Source: the human T2T-CHM13v2.0 reference genome, Homo sapiens
DNA length: 64,000 nucleotides
Assembly (NCBI RefSeq): GCF_009914755.1
Contig: NC_060940.1
Direction: 5' to 3' (one strand)
Shown: in pieces, positions 15,995 to 28,580 of the stretch
Position numbering within the stretch: the first letter of the stretch is position 1
How the letters are laid out: each line of letters starts with the position of its first letter
Notes under the pieces: generated by a model
The model's database searches: none
Told to the model about the DNA's origin: nothing
What the model saw: the letters and a program-made list of their open reading frames with translations, nothing else
Program-made: the position numbers and the translations under genes

Positions 15995-16550
15995 TTTAAG
16001 AAATTAAAGCATTATTTACATACATTAAAATGCACAGACCCTAATTGTTCGATGTTTTGACAGTTGTATACACCCATATAACCACCATGCAAAACAAGAT
16101 ATAGGACATTTCCACAATCCCAGAAAGTCCCTTCACGTGCTTCCCCTCCCCCCCACTCTCTGGCTGCCGTTCCCATGTAGTTTTGCCTGTTCTTGAAATT
16201 TATATAAATGGAGTCATCCAGTGTGTACTCTTTGTGCCTGGCTTCTTAAACACAACATAATGCCTGGGAGATTCATCCACCTTGCTGCATCTGCCTGTGC
16301 AGTCTGCATATACTGTATGTACTAGTCTGCGTATCTGTTGCATAGTATTCCATTGTATGGGTGTTCCACAGTTACATGATGCATTCACTTACCTGTTGCA
16401 CACTTGGGTTGTTTCCAGCTTTGGCTATTAGGAACAAGAAGGCTGCTATTCACATTCTTGTGCAAGTCTTGTGTGTGTGTGTGGACATATGGTTCATGCT
16501 CTTAGGTAAATACCTAGGAATGGCACTCCTGGGTCATAGGGTAGATAGGT
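15995..16550 (-). mobile_element. L1ME-type 3' fragment
   Basis: gtagttttgcctgttcttgaaatttatataaatggagtcat...ggtaaatacctaggaatggc. Confidence 0.75.
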
Positions 16551-18058
16551 ATGCCATTTTGTTTTCTAAGGCAGCCTTGGCTTATTCTTCCTACTGTTGA
16601 CCTCCTCTCCTCTGGATGGAAGAGGAGATTCCAAGAATCAGGGCAGGTTGGAACTGTAAGAGCCTTCAGAGGTCAGCCCCCAGCTCTCATCCTGATATGG
16701 GGATCTAGGCTTATGAGGGCATGGCTCATCCACGATGCGCAGAGCCAGACCTGATAGGGCCAGAATGGCAACTGGGCCTAGACTCTGGCCCAGCAGAGAT
16801 GGAGAGGGTGTCTGGATAGCAGTGACGGCAGTGGTGCCAGGCCTGGCTTCTGCAGATGTTGTCGGTGTTCCTGATACATTTGCTTCTGGCGTCAGCCAGG
16901 TTGGGAGGGTGTTTGTTCTTGCAAGTAAAAGTTTCTTGATGGAAACATGTAGAAGTTCAAGGTGCAGACCCTGCTCACTGCCCTGTACCCCAACCTAGTG
17001 GGAGTAATGGGAGATGCCAGCCAGCTGAGTGATTGAAGCCACAGCTGCACAAGGGCAGAAGCCATGCCGAGTTGCTCACAGCCATGTGCTTCCTGTGCCT
17101 GACTGAACACAGAAGCTGCCCAAAAAATGACAGCTGCACGGAGGGACAGTACAAGCTGCCAGAGGCTGATGTACTCAGGTGGGGCTCCACGGGAGACTTC
17201 CTGGAAGAGGGGGCCTGGAGCTGATGCTGAAGCACCGCCTCTCCCAAATCTCACAGTGCTCTCCTAGTCCTCCATGGGTTCACAGCCGCCCCATCCAGCA
17301 GCCGGGTGGGGACTCTCACGTATGTTCGCGCACTTGGACCCTGACACCCAGAGAAGGGAAGGGGCAAGCCCAAGGGAGTCCACAGCAGAGCTGGAACCAG
17401 AACTGGGCTGTGCTTGACTGAGAGGAGATGGCTGTGGGTGACACGGGGAGGGACATCCGCCCTCACTGCCCTATAACGACCCTCCAGAGAGCAGCGGTGC
17501 CTGGGCCTGGAAGTGTGAGTTTCCACTCTGAACAGATGGTTGCAATTACCAAGTGCAGGACGGGCAGGCGAGGAGCACACTCCCATAGAGGGAGCGGAGC
17601 AGAGGGCTGCAGAGACATCCCGAGCACAGGCCAGCTGGCCGCGATTCCTCCAGCACTCCAACTTCAAACATGAAACTGCCTTCTTTTTGCTACTTCTCTC
17701 CACCACCTGGGCATATGATTCTGACAATTTCATACAATTTTTAAAGAAAAGAAAAAAGCTCTATTTTTCTTGGAAAGCTGTGCCCAGTTGGTTTTCTATA
17801 GATTTGCTCTCTGGAGGTTCCCCTTGGCAGGAGGTCAAAGCCTTAGGGGAGGCAGGGTCCCCCCAGCTCTCGGGCTTGGCAATTCTGAACATGACAAAGG
17901 CTGTGGGCAATGATTTCTCCTCGGCCATGGAAATCAGGTGTTCCAATGCACAGGAGCCCTGGCCCTGCCTTTCCACACTCTCTCTCCACTCCACGCCTCT
18001 CACCCCCCACCCCCGTCTCTGTCTCTCTTTCTCTCCCTGCTCTTTAAAAAGGGTCCTT

Positions 18059-18200
18059 GGCTGGCCCAGTTGCTCATGCCTGTAATCCCAGTGCTTTAGG
18101 AGGTTGAAGCAGGAGGATCGCTTGAGGCCAGAGTTAGAGACCAGTGTAGGTAGCTCGATGCCATCTCTAAAGATACATAAATAACTAAAAATAACAAAAT
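18059..18200 (+). mobile_element. FLAM / Alu monomer
   Basis: Monomer flanked by aaaagggtcct repeats. Confidence 0.8.
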
Positions 18201-18254
18201 ACAATGAAAAGGGTCCTGTTCTGTCCTGTACAGGAGGAAGATGAGTGAAGCCGT

Positions 18255-18551
<297 letters not shown>

Positions 18552-18555
18552 AACC

Positions 18556-18905
18556 TTTTTTTTTTTTTTTTTTCCAAATTTAACTTTTAAGTTCAGGGGT
18601 ACCTGTACAGGTTTGTTATATAAGGGAACTTGTGTCATGGGGGTTTGTCGTGCATTATTTTTCCTAATCTTCTCCTTCCTCCCATCCTCCACCCTCCAAT
18701 AGACTCCAGTGTCTGTTGTTCCCCTCTTTGTGTCCATGAGTTTTCTCATTTATTAATAACTCCCACCTATAAATGAGAACATGAGGTATTTGGTATTCTA
18801 TTCCCATGTTAGTTTGCTAAGGATAATGGCCTCCAGCTACATCTATGTTTCTACAAAATACATGATCTCATTCTTTTCTGTGGCTGCACAGTATTCCAGA
18901 GTGAA
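18556..18905 (-). mobile_element. L1PA/PB 3' end
   Basis: Poly-T followed by taacttttaagttcaggggtac...ctcccacctataaatgagaacatg...ggataatggcctccagct. Confidence 0.82.
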
Positions 18906-18942
18906 GCCTTTTAAAAATTCATACAAAGTTGATTGAGGTTGT

Positions 18943-19345
<403 letters not shown>

Positions 19346-21364
19346 TCACTGAGACTCCAGGCAGTTAAGGGATCCTCTTGAGTAGAAGTTACATACGTTA
19401 AGTCATGATTAGGAATGACTGTGCTCCATTAAAAAAAACAAAACAAAACAAAAAACAAAAAGAAAAACCAACTTGATTTTTTTTCCCCAAAGAGGAACCA
19501 GATGCATTTTCCTGCTGCCAGAGAAGGCTGTGAACTGTGCAGTCTTGGGCAGCAGGGCTAACTTTCCCCTGGGTCCTGGCCCTTCAAGGAGGGTGCACAT
19601 GGAGGCCAGAGGTGCAGACAGACTGTGGGTTCTGCAGAGGAGCTGGCTCATCTCAGTGGTCTTGGGAAGACTGAGCCCCATCATCTGGTACCAGGACCTT
19701 TGGGCCATCTCGTGCTACTGACAGGCTGAGCCCTCCAGAACAGACATTGGAAGCAGCTGAACAGTGAGTCCTCCATACATCGAAGGCCCCCATCTCGACC
19801 CCGCCATCCCCTTAATACGCCCCAGGAATAGAGCTAGGTTAACTGGTTGCCCTCTTGTTACAAGAGTCAGTGAAGGCTGGAGCCAGAGTTGTCTCCAAGG
19901 TGCAGAAACGCAGGCTTGGGTAGGGTTTTCCAGAGGAGAGTGTGCACCCAGCTGGCCTTCCACGCTGGGGAGAGGAGGCAGAATACATCTCTTAGGATAT
20001 AGCCAGACCCTCTTCCCTGACTTCTCCAGCTCCAAGATACTTACAAGTTCCTCTAAAGCTCCCCCACGGAATCTTCTTTTCCATTTTCTGTTTCCCTGTG
20101 CGAGCGCTCTCCCATCCGCAGCACCCCTCCCCAGCCCAGTTAGCTCCCTTCCACCCCATCTATACTTCCAGGCTCTGACTTCCCTGCCCTGTGAGGCTGT
20201 CAGCCTCCACAGTGGCCCATCCCAGCAGACATTTAGAATGCAGAAGCTATAAACAGAGGATGGTAGACATCAAGGCATGAATGAATGGCCATCTTCCTTG
20301 TGGTCCCTGTGATACCGGGATTCCAAGCCCCAAAGGGGTGGTTTGGGCTGGGGATAGTAATTCTGATAAGCTGGAGTGCTCGAAGGTCTGGGATGGACGC
20401 CACCTCCGCAGAGGCCAAATGGTGGACGAGGGCCTCTTCCAGCTATGCCTCGTGCCTTCTTAGAGCCAGAGTTCTCGGAGGGAGGGACCAGGTGACTGGC
20501 AGTCCCGCTCCACCGTCCCCACCTCTACGGGTGTGAGATGCTCTGGGTGGTCCTCAAAGCCAGAGTTCCTGGGCTGGGGAGGTGGGGGTTTATTAAAGCT
20601 GGGAGTGTCAGACAACTAGAAAAGGCTCACAGGGAAAAGAAACTCATCTTCAGGGGAGGCAGTGGAAAGAACAAATGTGGGAATAAGACCTGGACTCAGT
20701 CCTGCCTTACCGAACAGCTGATGGCCATGGGCAACCCAAGCTAGCTGGGCCTCTGTCCACACTGCAACTGTGAAACGAGGGCTCTCCACTGGGTGGCCTC
20801 CTCCTTCCCTTCTCAGCGGTGTGGCTGGCCCTGCTGGGCTCTCAGGTCCCTGGTGCCTGTGGGATGGTGACCAGGGTTTGCAGGGAGTGCACAGTGGGGA
20901 GGATGAAGGCGCTGCTTTGTGGAAAGAAGCTTGCAAGCTCAATGGGTACCAGCTGCTCTCCTCCCTCTTGTGCAGAAATTGTCCCCACATGTAATTAAGC
21001 CAGCTTCTGTCAGGAGGTGAGGACACACAGTGGGGCCAGGTCGGGAGAAACACCTGATGCCAATGCCAGCCCCACTGGTACTCAGGAACCAGGAGGGAGC
21101 CGGAGGGGTCCTGGCCTCCCCTGCTCCGTGCCCCACTCTGTGTCCTGCCTCTGTAGGGCCTGGGATTTGAAAACCACCAAAGGTCAGATGAGGCCCTGAG
21201 GGACCCTCGCTGGAGCCACATGTATTCTAGGGAACACTCACCGGCCTGGGTGCAAAGGTGCCTTCCTCACCGTGGGACTCAGGATGGGAAGGACTCTCCC
21301 AGGAGCCAGGCCCGTTTCTTAGGATTCAGTCCTGGTTGCAACCATTGCAACTACTCTTTAGTAG

Positions 21365-21520
21365 GGAGGTGTTTCTCAACCATGAGGGCACGCCGGGTCA
21401 CTTGGGATTACCAGAAAACGTGGATGTCAGATTCTGATCTCTAGGGTCTGGGGTGTGGCCTGGGCAGCGCTGCCCCTGGGGATCCCAGTGCACAGCCAGG
21501 GTCACAGACCACCAGCTCTG
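21365..21520. mobile_element. MER5-type fragment
   Basis: gtgtttctcaacc...agattctgatctctagggtctggggtgtggcctggg. Confidence 0.55.
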
Positions 21521-22909
21521 AGGGCAGCAGCACTAGCCCTTGACAGATGAGGGCCCGAGGCCTTGAGAGGCTGCGTAACTTTCTCAAGGTCACGGAGAAT
21601 AAGTGCAGGAGCAGGTGATGCCCTCACTCCACGGGCTGGCTGGGCATGAGGCCTTCAGAAGAAGGGCCATTCTGGTTGTTCTCTCCCTTCCCTGGCACTG
21701 TCCCCTGCATGAAGTGGCTGCTCAAGACCAGGGATGGAGGAACCCTGGAGGGGCTGGGAAGGTGCAGCATCCGGAGGGGATGAGGGGTTTGGGCCCCACC
21801 CCTCACCGGCTGGGCCTCATGTCCCTTAGCCACACAGTGGGAAGAAGTAAGGGTTCCCAGCCCTTCTCAGAGTGGAGGTGTGACATGCCAGGGATCCTGA
21901 GGGGCTGGCAAGGGGAGAGGGTCCTGCTGGCATTGAGAGACACCCTGGTTTGGGGGAAGTCCCCTGAGCAAGCCCACGTGCGCAGCTGCTAGGGGCAGGC
22001 TGCGGGAGGCCCTCTTCTTCCTGCTGCCTGTTTTGGTGGCTGAAACTTTAGACTGATCCAGGAGCCAGACAGGCGGGCAGACAAGCGCATTCTTTTTGGG
22101 GGAGGCCGCCGCCTCCTCTTCTCGCTAGAAGCAGGGAGGAGGGGAGGACAGGGCCTGCCCAGGCCTGACCCCAGACTGGGTTTCAGGCTGTGGGGCCAAG
22201 CAGGGCTCCCTGGGGACTCGGGGCTGGGGAAGGAAAGCCCCAAAGGCTGGAGTCTGCGGTTTGGAGTCCTGTGACTCTGGGAGCTGAAGCCACCAGGCAG
22301 GAGGGGGTGAAAGGGGGCTGGTTTAAGAAGCCCTAAGCCTCTGGGCTTTTGGCTCCAGCACTGGCTGTGGGTACTTCTGCTCTGTTTCTGGGCAAATCCC
22401 TGCCTGCCCAGTCCATTTCCCCAGTGAATGCCCCCAGCCCTGGCATCCTCGGTGTGTAGGGGATTGGAACCTGAGCCGGGAAAAAGGCCACGTACAGTTT
22501 CCAATCAACATCAACTCATCTGTGTTTCCCGAAATGAAGTGCAAGGTGGCTCTGATGCATACATGGGCTCACTCCTGACACAGCTTCTGCAGAACTGGTC
22601 AACTTCTTTAAAAAAATATGCTCTTGGCATCCTCTCGCAGGAACAGGGCTGGATACGGGCCCACCAAGCAGGAAGTGGGGAGGCAGCTTCCTTCCGCAGC
22701 CTCCCTGTGCCCTGAAGACTGACAGCCTTGACCCAGGTCTGTCATGGGCCCTCAATTCTTTTCCTTGAAGGGTGGAGGTATCTTAGGTGCCATACCAGCT
22801 GCTGAGTCACCTCTGGTGCAGCTTTGCCTTTCAGGGAGGTGGGATGGCCCATTGGAATTCAAATCCTAAATCCTGGACATCTTAGCTTGAAGAAATGGAA
22901 GTTCCTGAG

Positions 22910-23010
22910 CATCTCTGTACCTCAGTTTCCTCCTCTGCAAAATGGAGATAATAACAGCAGCACTTTAGGAGTGAGGTGAGGATTAAAGGAGACAGAAGCT
23001 TGCCGGGCAC
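22910..23010 (+). mobile_element. MIR fragment
   Basis: Core cctcagtttcctcctctgcaaaatggagataataacag...gtgaggattaaa. Confidence 0.75.
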
Positions 23011-23475
23011 ATGGGTGGTGAGGGCACGACACTGGTTGCCGGCCTCAGCTTTCTCAGCACCCTGCAGGCAGGCAGTGGCTGTGCTCACTTCCTCCGGGTG
23101 CTCTCTCTGGTGACGGCACCCGAGGGACTCTCCCAAGTGCCTGCCTTGTTCAAGGAACAATGCCCTCTCTAGAACAGCTGGACTTCCCATGGCCCTGCTG
23201 AGGCACTGAAAGAAATGTAGGCCCTAACCTAAGCACCCTCATCATTGGACCACAGGGATAAAGGAGTGCGTTCAGAACCTGGAGGATGACGGCTTAGCAC
23301 TTGGAGATAAGACCTGGCTGGTGGGGGTGTGGGATGACCTGGAAGGGTGGCGAATAGTTAGGTAGGTGTCCGCAGGGCTGCTGATCAGAGCCCCAGTAGC
23401 AGTCACTGAGCGGGGCTCTGGGTTGGGCACAGTTCTAAGCACCACGTTTATTCCTCATGTCACCCTTGAAGTAGA

Positions 23476-23546
23476 AAGCATTATTATGCCTATTTTACAG
23501 GTGAGGAAATCCTCATCTGTAAAATAGGCATAATAAAATAATGCTT
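23476..23546. repeat. MIR-derived near-perfect inverted repeat (27-bp arms)
   Basis: 23481-23507 versus 23510-23536, one mismatch. Confidence 0.92.
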
Positions 23547-24418
23547 AGTTACAGTTCTGAAGTATACAGAAAGTCAAACTCCAAATGAACAGTGCTGGCA
23601 TTTGCCCAACTAGGGAACTGGGGAAAAGAACTGCCGTCAGGGGACTGAAGAGGCAGTGGGATGGGCACAGAGCCACGGCAGCAGGGAACAGCTCGAGAGC
23701 CAGGCCGAGTTCTCTGCTGAGGGGCACCAGGCCTGAGTTTCAAGTTACTCAACTCCGAAATAGTTGGCCCCTTCCAGCATTTTCTGACTGGGGTGGATAC
23801 TCCTGAAGCCCTGTTTGTGCAGGTCTTTGGACCTTTCTAAACAATCTGCAAATCCTTGCTAAAGACAGTAACACGTGTTACTCAAGACTCGATTTCAAAG
23901 GACGTAAATCCAACTGGAATGACCAGCTTAAGCAAAAAGTGTGTTAGAATACTGGGGTGTGGTGACGTCCGAGGAAGGGCTTTCCTGACAACAGGAACCC
24001 AAGGCTCATGCTGCCAGGAACCTCTCTCACGTCGCCGCTTCTTTCCTGCCACAGGTCGACTTCCCCCAGGGTGGAAAATGGCTTCTGACAGACCTGGGCC
24101 TGGCATCCCACGATTCCCACCACCACAGAGGAACTCCCCAGGAGTGACTTGGACTGGCATAGGTTGGGCCGGCTGTCGGCCCTGGCCAGGAAGCCTGAGT
24201 GCATCTAGTATGCAGCCTGCGCCAGGTACCCCTCCCCGGACCTGTGTGCCCAGGATGCCATGTGCTGGAGCCTGGCAGGGGAGGGAGAAGGGAGTGGAGT
24301 GACCCCAGCCCCACCCCACTGTCCCACTGCAGGGCAGTGGATTCCCGGCCTCTTACTGGTCCTGCTGCCAGATGCCGCAGTCAAGAAGGCACTGTCCTCC
24401 AGTTCAGTTGAGCAGACA

Positions 24419-24424
24419 TTTATT
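24419..24424 (-). terminator. Distal poly(A) signal AATAAA, L2-derived
   Basis: Minus strand reads gataggtgcttAATAAAtgtctgctcaactgaa, the L2 3'-terminal motif. Confidence 0.7.
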
Positions 24425-24497
24425 AAGCACCTATCAAGTGCAAGGCACTGTGCTAGGCGCCGTGGGAAATACAGAGAACACAGGCGGTCCCTGCCCA

Positions 24498-24516
24498 CGA
24501 GGAGCTCACAGTCTAG
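24498..24516 (-). promoter_or_regulatory. miR-151a-5p / miR-28-5p extensive-complementarity target site
   Basis: Plus strand cgaggagctcacagtctag equals miR-151a-5p nt 2-20 (UCGAGGAGCUCACAGUCUAGU, from memory), so the minus-strand mRNA is complementary. Confidence 0.85.
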
Positions 24517-25226
24517 AAAGGGCAGCAAGACAGTACACAATCAGTGGCAGCAGCACCAGCCAGAGTGGCAAGTGCTCAAAGCGAGACACAAAGTGCTGTG
24601 CGGTCACAACATCATGGGGATGCTTCTGGCAGAAGCACTGGAAAGGAGACGAGGACTCAGGCTGGGCCTTCCAGGAGGGAAGCCATTTGGGAGAAGGGCA
24701 TCTCTAGCGGAGAGAGGTCCATCTGCAGAGCCCACAGGTCATGGGAAACATGTGGCTGCAGGGAGAGTTTGGGGACAGTCAAGTATGGCTGGGAGGTGGA
24801 CAGCCACGGACACTAAGCTCAGGAGATGTGAACTTTGTGGTCTGGTCAAACAGCCACTGCAGATCACTTCGCAGGAGGAGGGGTGACTAGAAGTATGTTA
24901 CTGGAAGGTAAATCTGGCCACACTGCAGCATCTGGACGGCAGAGGGCAGCGCTGGGAGGGGCCAGCCAGTTAGGGCCCACCACCCCTGGGTGTCTGAGAG
25001 TGGGAGTAGCGGGCAGGGGCCAGCAAAGCACGAGGGCAGAGCAGGGGACCATACGGAGGGTGGGTGTGGAAGAAGGGAGGGGCCCCATGCAAGCTGCAGG
25101 TCTGGGGAGCCTGAGGATGTCATAGGGCTTCCTGGTAGAGTGGAAAGTGCACTCCTGAAGGTCAGGGCCAGTCACTACAGAGAGGGGACAGCGAGGAGAG
25201 GGACGGTGTGGCCCTAAGGGTGACTG

Positions 25227-25370
25227 CAGTTTCTCAACATGTGGTCCGTGGATCACCTGCATGGGAACTGCCTGGGGAATGCGCTCATTTGCAGATTCCC
25301 GGGCCTTCCTCCAGAACTACTGGGCAAGCATCTGCCGGGTCATGCCCGGTAACCTACATTCTTAACACCA
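25227..25370. mobile_element. MER5-type fragment in the 3'UTR
   Basis: cagtttctcaacatgtggtccgtggatcacctgcat...tgcagattcccgggcc. Confidence 0.6.
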
Positions 25371-27570
25371 GCTGCCCTCTCCACCACCACGAGCCCCAAA
25401 GGTGGGGAAAAGTCTGCAAGCCACCTGCAGAGGAAGAATAGGGTGTTAAGGACTGGCTTTAGGCAAAAAGAAGAGACAAAAAGAATGAGGGAGGTCTGGG
25501 AGTGAGGGAAGTGGTGGGAAGCAGGGAAAGTCCGGTCAAGCCATGTGCACCAAGACAGAGCCCCAGCGCGGCCTTGCAGCCAGGCACCGGGCCGTCCCCA
25601 AGGGCTGCTCTCAGTCCGCTTTCACTTGGTGGGCGAAAGCCACATTTGCAAACTGGGAAGTGGAGAGTGGGAGGTGAGGGGAAGCACTAGCAATGAATGA
25701 AGAGGATTCTTCCGGGAATCAGGCTGTTTCAATCTAAAACATCCAAGATAAGTGGAAACACTGGGGAGGAAGGTGATGAACAGACGGAGGTGAGCCAGAG
25801 ACACCTCCTGGGCAAGTCGGCCAGGAGGCGGGAGGCGTGGGTCAGAGACACTGCAGGAACTGGGTGAGGACAAGGAGGTGCGAGGAAAGGGGTTGGGGGA
25901 TGGTCCCACAGGCAGCCACACCTGAGGCGTGGGAGGCAGGTAGGAGCTGGGGGAGGGCGGGGAGAAGAGGGGTTTCTGTGTGTAGATCTGAGTCCTCCCT
26001 CACATCCCAGCCGTGCCACAAGCCGCATCGGCATGAGGCCGGCTCTCCCTTCTTCACTGGTCTCAAAAGCCACCCAGGCCCAAGTCCCGGCCAGACAGCC
26101 GAGCCTGCCTAGCAACGCTGACCGGCCGCCCAGGATGGCCCAGACACCTTCTGTCTCCTGAATGCAGCCTACAGGGGTTCAAACAGACTGCTTGCATTAA
26201 GGTCAGACAAGGCTCTTTTACTTCCAGAGACAGCGGCCTGGAGCCTCGGGAAGAATGTAGGCCCAGGAATCACCCAGCCCCTCAGGACAACCTCTCTGAG
26301 CAACAGACATCCTCCCTGTTGAATGAGAGTGACATCTCTGCCCTGCCACCTACTTTACATGGATGCCACGAAGTGGGAGAGCCTGAGCAGTAGACAGGGA
26401 AGAGGCGAGCGGCCCCACTGCAGGAGGTAGACAGGCTACAGATACTTATGCAGCAGCCACACTGAGGCTAGTACTGGAGGAGGCTGAGAACCAGTAATGA
26501 GTTCTTAATGGTTTGATAATTTGGGTTTTTAAATATTAAATATTAAATATCAGGGGTTTCGGAAGGAATGATGAATTCCGTCTCATGCTGTAACTGATGA
26601 AGGCAACCAATGAGCAATCCTTCCTTCCCATAGCCGAGAAAGGGAAAGGGGACAGGCCAATCCCTCTGAAGCAGTAAGTCAGAACACGAAGACTTACAGA
26701 ACTCAAACATCAAAGGTCAAGTAGCTTCTAGCCAGGAAAAGTGGTGGCCCCCTCAGCCTAGCCAGCACCAACCAGCATGGGTGGAGACTCAGCCTGGCAG
26801 TAAGGGCATTTCCTGGGTTTCCTCTGAAGCAGAGGAGAAATAGTGGGTCAGCCAGGCTGCTGGACTGAACCATGAGCCAGAAGGCCAGAATCACTGCAAG
26901 ACAGCTCCAGCCCGCACACCTCAGTTGTGCTTTTGAAAACAGGTACAAAGCTGAGGCATGGGAGCTGTGACTGAAGTCGCCCTCCTGGCTGGCCTCGTCT
27001 TCTACCTCTGCTTCCACAGCTGGGTGACTTGGCCATAGGCCCAAACAATGGACAACCAGTTCCACATTAGGAGGCATCACGGACGCATCTGAGAGGAAAC
27101 ATGATTGAAGGACAAGCTTGGCCTCATGGAGGGCTCTGGATTCATCCCTTGAAGAACGCAGTGATCAAACAAAACCAAGAAGCAGGCCTGGAGGGAGCAC
27201 TCTGGGATGCCCCCAAGTCCCCTCACCATTTACAAACCAGCACTGAGTTCTCAGCCTCCGCTCCTCAGGACTAGGAGACAAGATCCGGACAGGCAGGACA
27301 GGCAGCAAGCCGACTGTGAGCAGCCTGGGGGCGCAGGTGTAAAATACAAAGCCCTTTGAAGGTCCAGACAATAAGAGTAAAGATGTTAAGATTGCCCAGG
27401 AAAAGAACTTCACTGACACTGAATTTGGGCAACACCTAGAACAGACAATATTAAGATATCAATTCTGAGAAAGACTCACAGGAAAGGCTGTTTAGGAGGA
27501 CACTAGAGACAAACACAGGGAAAATAAATACAGGGGCTCTGGGATCCCCCCACAGAAGCTACTAATGCTA

Positions 27571-27576
27571 TTTATT
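27571..27576 (-). terminator. Candidate intermediate poly(A) signal AATAAA
   Basis: Plus strand tttatt at 27571-27576 within the 3'UTR. Confidence 0.3.
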
Positions 27577-28004
27577 GGCTTGGGTCACTTTTGAGAATAG
27601 AAAACCATTTTTTGGCAAAGCTGTACAAACTCCACATCAGGGCGTCTCCTGCAGTTGGGGACACAAGATGGCCACAGTGACCGGGCTCTTCATTAAACTT
27701 CCTCATAACCCGCTACGGTGTTCAGAAGCTAAGACGTGACTTCCAGAGCCAGGCCAGGCATGTGGAGGCCCCTGACTGTGGGCGTGTCAAGCCCTGGCTG
27801 GGGAGCCTGCTGCCTGCCCGGCCACTCCTCAGCTGTGGCTGTGGCTGTGGGCATGGCCGGACGGCGTGCACACTGGGCCGTCCCCTTTTGCGCAGGGTGG
27901 AAGGGGGAAGGAGGGTGGGACTCCATGGGCTCCACGATGTCTTCTAGCCCTGGTATTCTGTGAGACTAACTTCGCCCTGGTCATTCACCATGGCTAGGCA
28001 CCAA

Positions 28005-28018
28005 GTGCCATCTAGTGG
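28005..28018 (-). promoter_or_regulatory. CTCF core motif
   Basis: Minus strand CCACTAGATGGCAC matches CCASYAGRKGGCRS at 14/14 positions. Confidence 0.6.
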
Positions 28019-28213
28019 CACCGCGGGTCCACTTTCACAACACTCCAACCAAAGACTGCAGAACAAACCAACTCTTACCCACTTTAACTCCGGGGGTGAG
28101 GGCAGAGGAGGCTGGAAGGGTGAGCACACTTCATGGTAGTGATGGGACATACTCATCTCAAGAAAATATACTTTAAGACGTCTTGCTTTCCTTAAGAAAG
28201 CAACACTTTTTTT

Positions 28214-28223
28214 TTTATTTATT
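28214..28223 (-). terminator. Candidate proximal poly(A) signals (overlapping AATAAATAAA)
   Basis: Plus strand tttatt at 28214-28219 and 28218-28223, ending an AU-rich block of ~360 nt after the stop. The adjacent A-run could also cause internal priming. Confidence 0.5.
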
Positions 28224-28580
28224 TATAAAGGCTAACCATATCCATTTGTCAATATTTTCGGCTTTAAGGAAAATAGTTTAAAAAACATAAAAAGGTAAAT
28301 ACACTCAAGAGTAACTGCTATTAAACAGTTCTGAACAGGCAGAAAATGTAGACTTTCCTTTAACAGAAAATGTTAAATCTGTAATAGCAGCATAATTTAT
28401 ATATAGAAAAAAGCTGGTTTTGAAAACCCAGATTTATACCCAAAACATTTTTTTTCTGTACAACTGCGTTTACACTGGGAAATAAGTTTCTTCACATTAT
28501 GTTCATTCCCATCAGGTACAGGTGTGAGCTTGAGTTTGATCAGCCAGCCCTGAGCGCAAGCTCAGCGCTCAGCACAATCT

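Larger units (their letters stand above)
24400..24930 (-). mobile_element. L2 3' fragment forming the end of the N4BP1 3'UTR
   Basis: Plus strand cagacatttattaagcacctat...aggcactgtgctaggcgc...ccctgcccacgaggagctcacagtctag, the reverse of the L2 3' end. Confidence 0.85.
24400..28580 (-). other. N4BP1: N4BP1 long 3'UTR (~4.2 kb)
   Basis: Alu-free stretch after the stop codon, ending at AATAAA 24419-24424. Length agrees with my recollection of a ~7 kb mRNA; exact cleavage site is inferred. Confidence 0.7.

Noticed and set aside
20616-22504. 201-aa and 171-aa minus-strand ORFs
   Set aside because: Low-complexity Pro/Ser/Gly-rich translations with no recognisable family.
24260-24886. 208-aa plus-strand ORF antisense to the end of the N4BP1 3'UTR
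   Set aside because: Lies over a decayed L2, has a non-ATG start and no recognisable domain.
25710-25718. Perfect GAS motif TTCCGGGAA in the 3'UTR
   Set aside because: A single 9-mer is expected by chance in 64 kb and has no supporting cluster.
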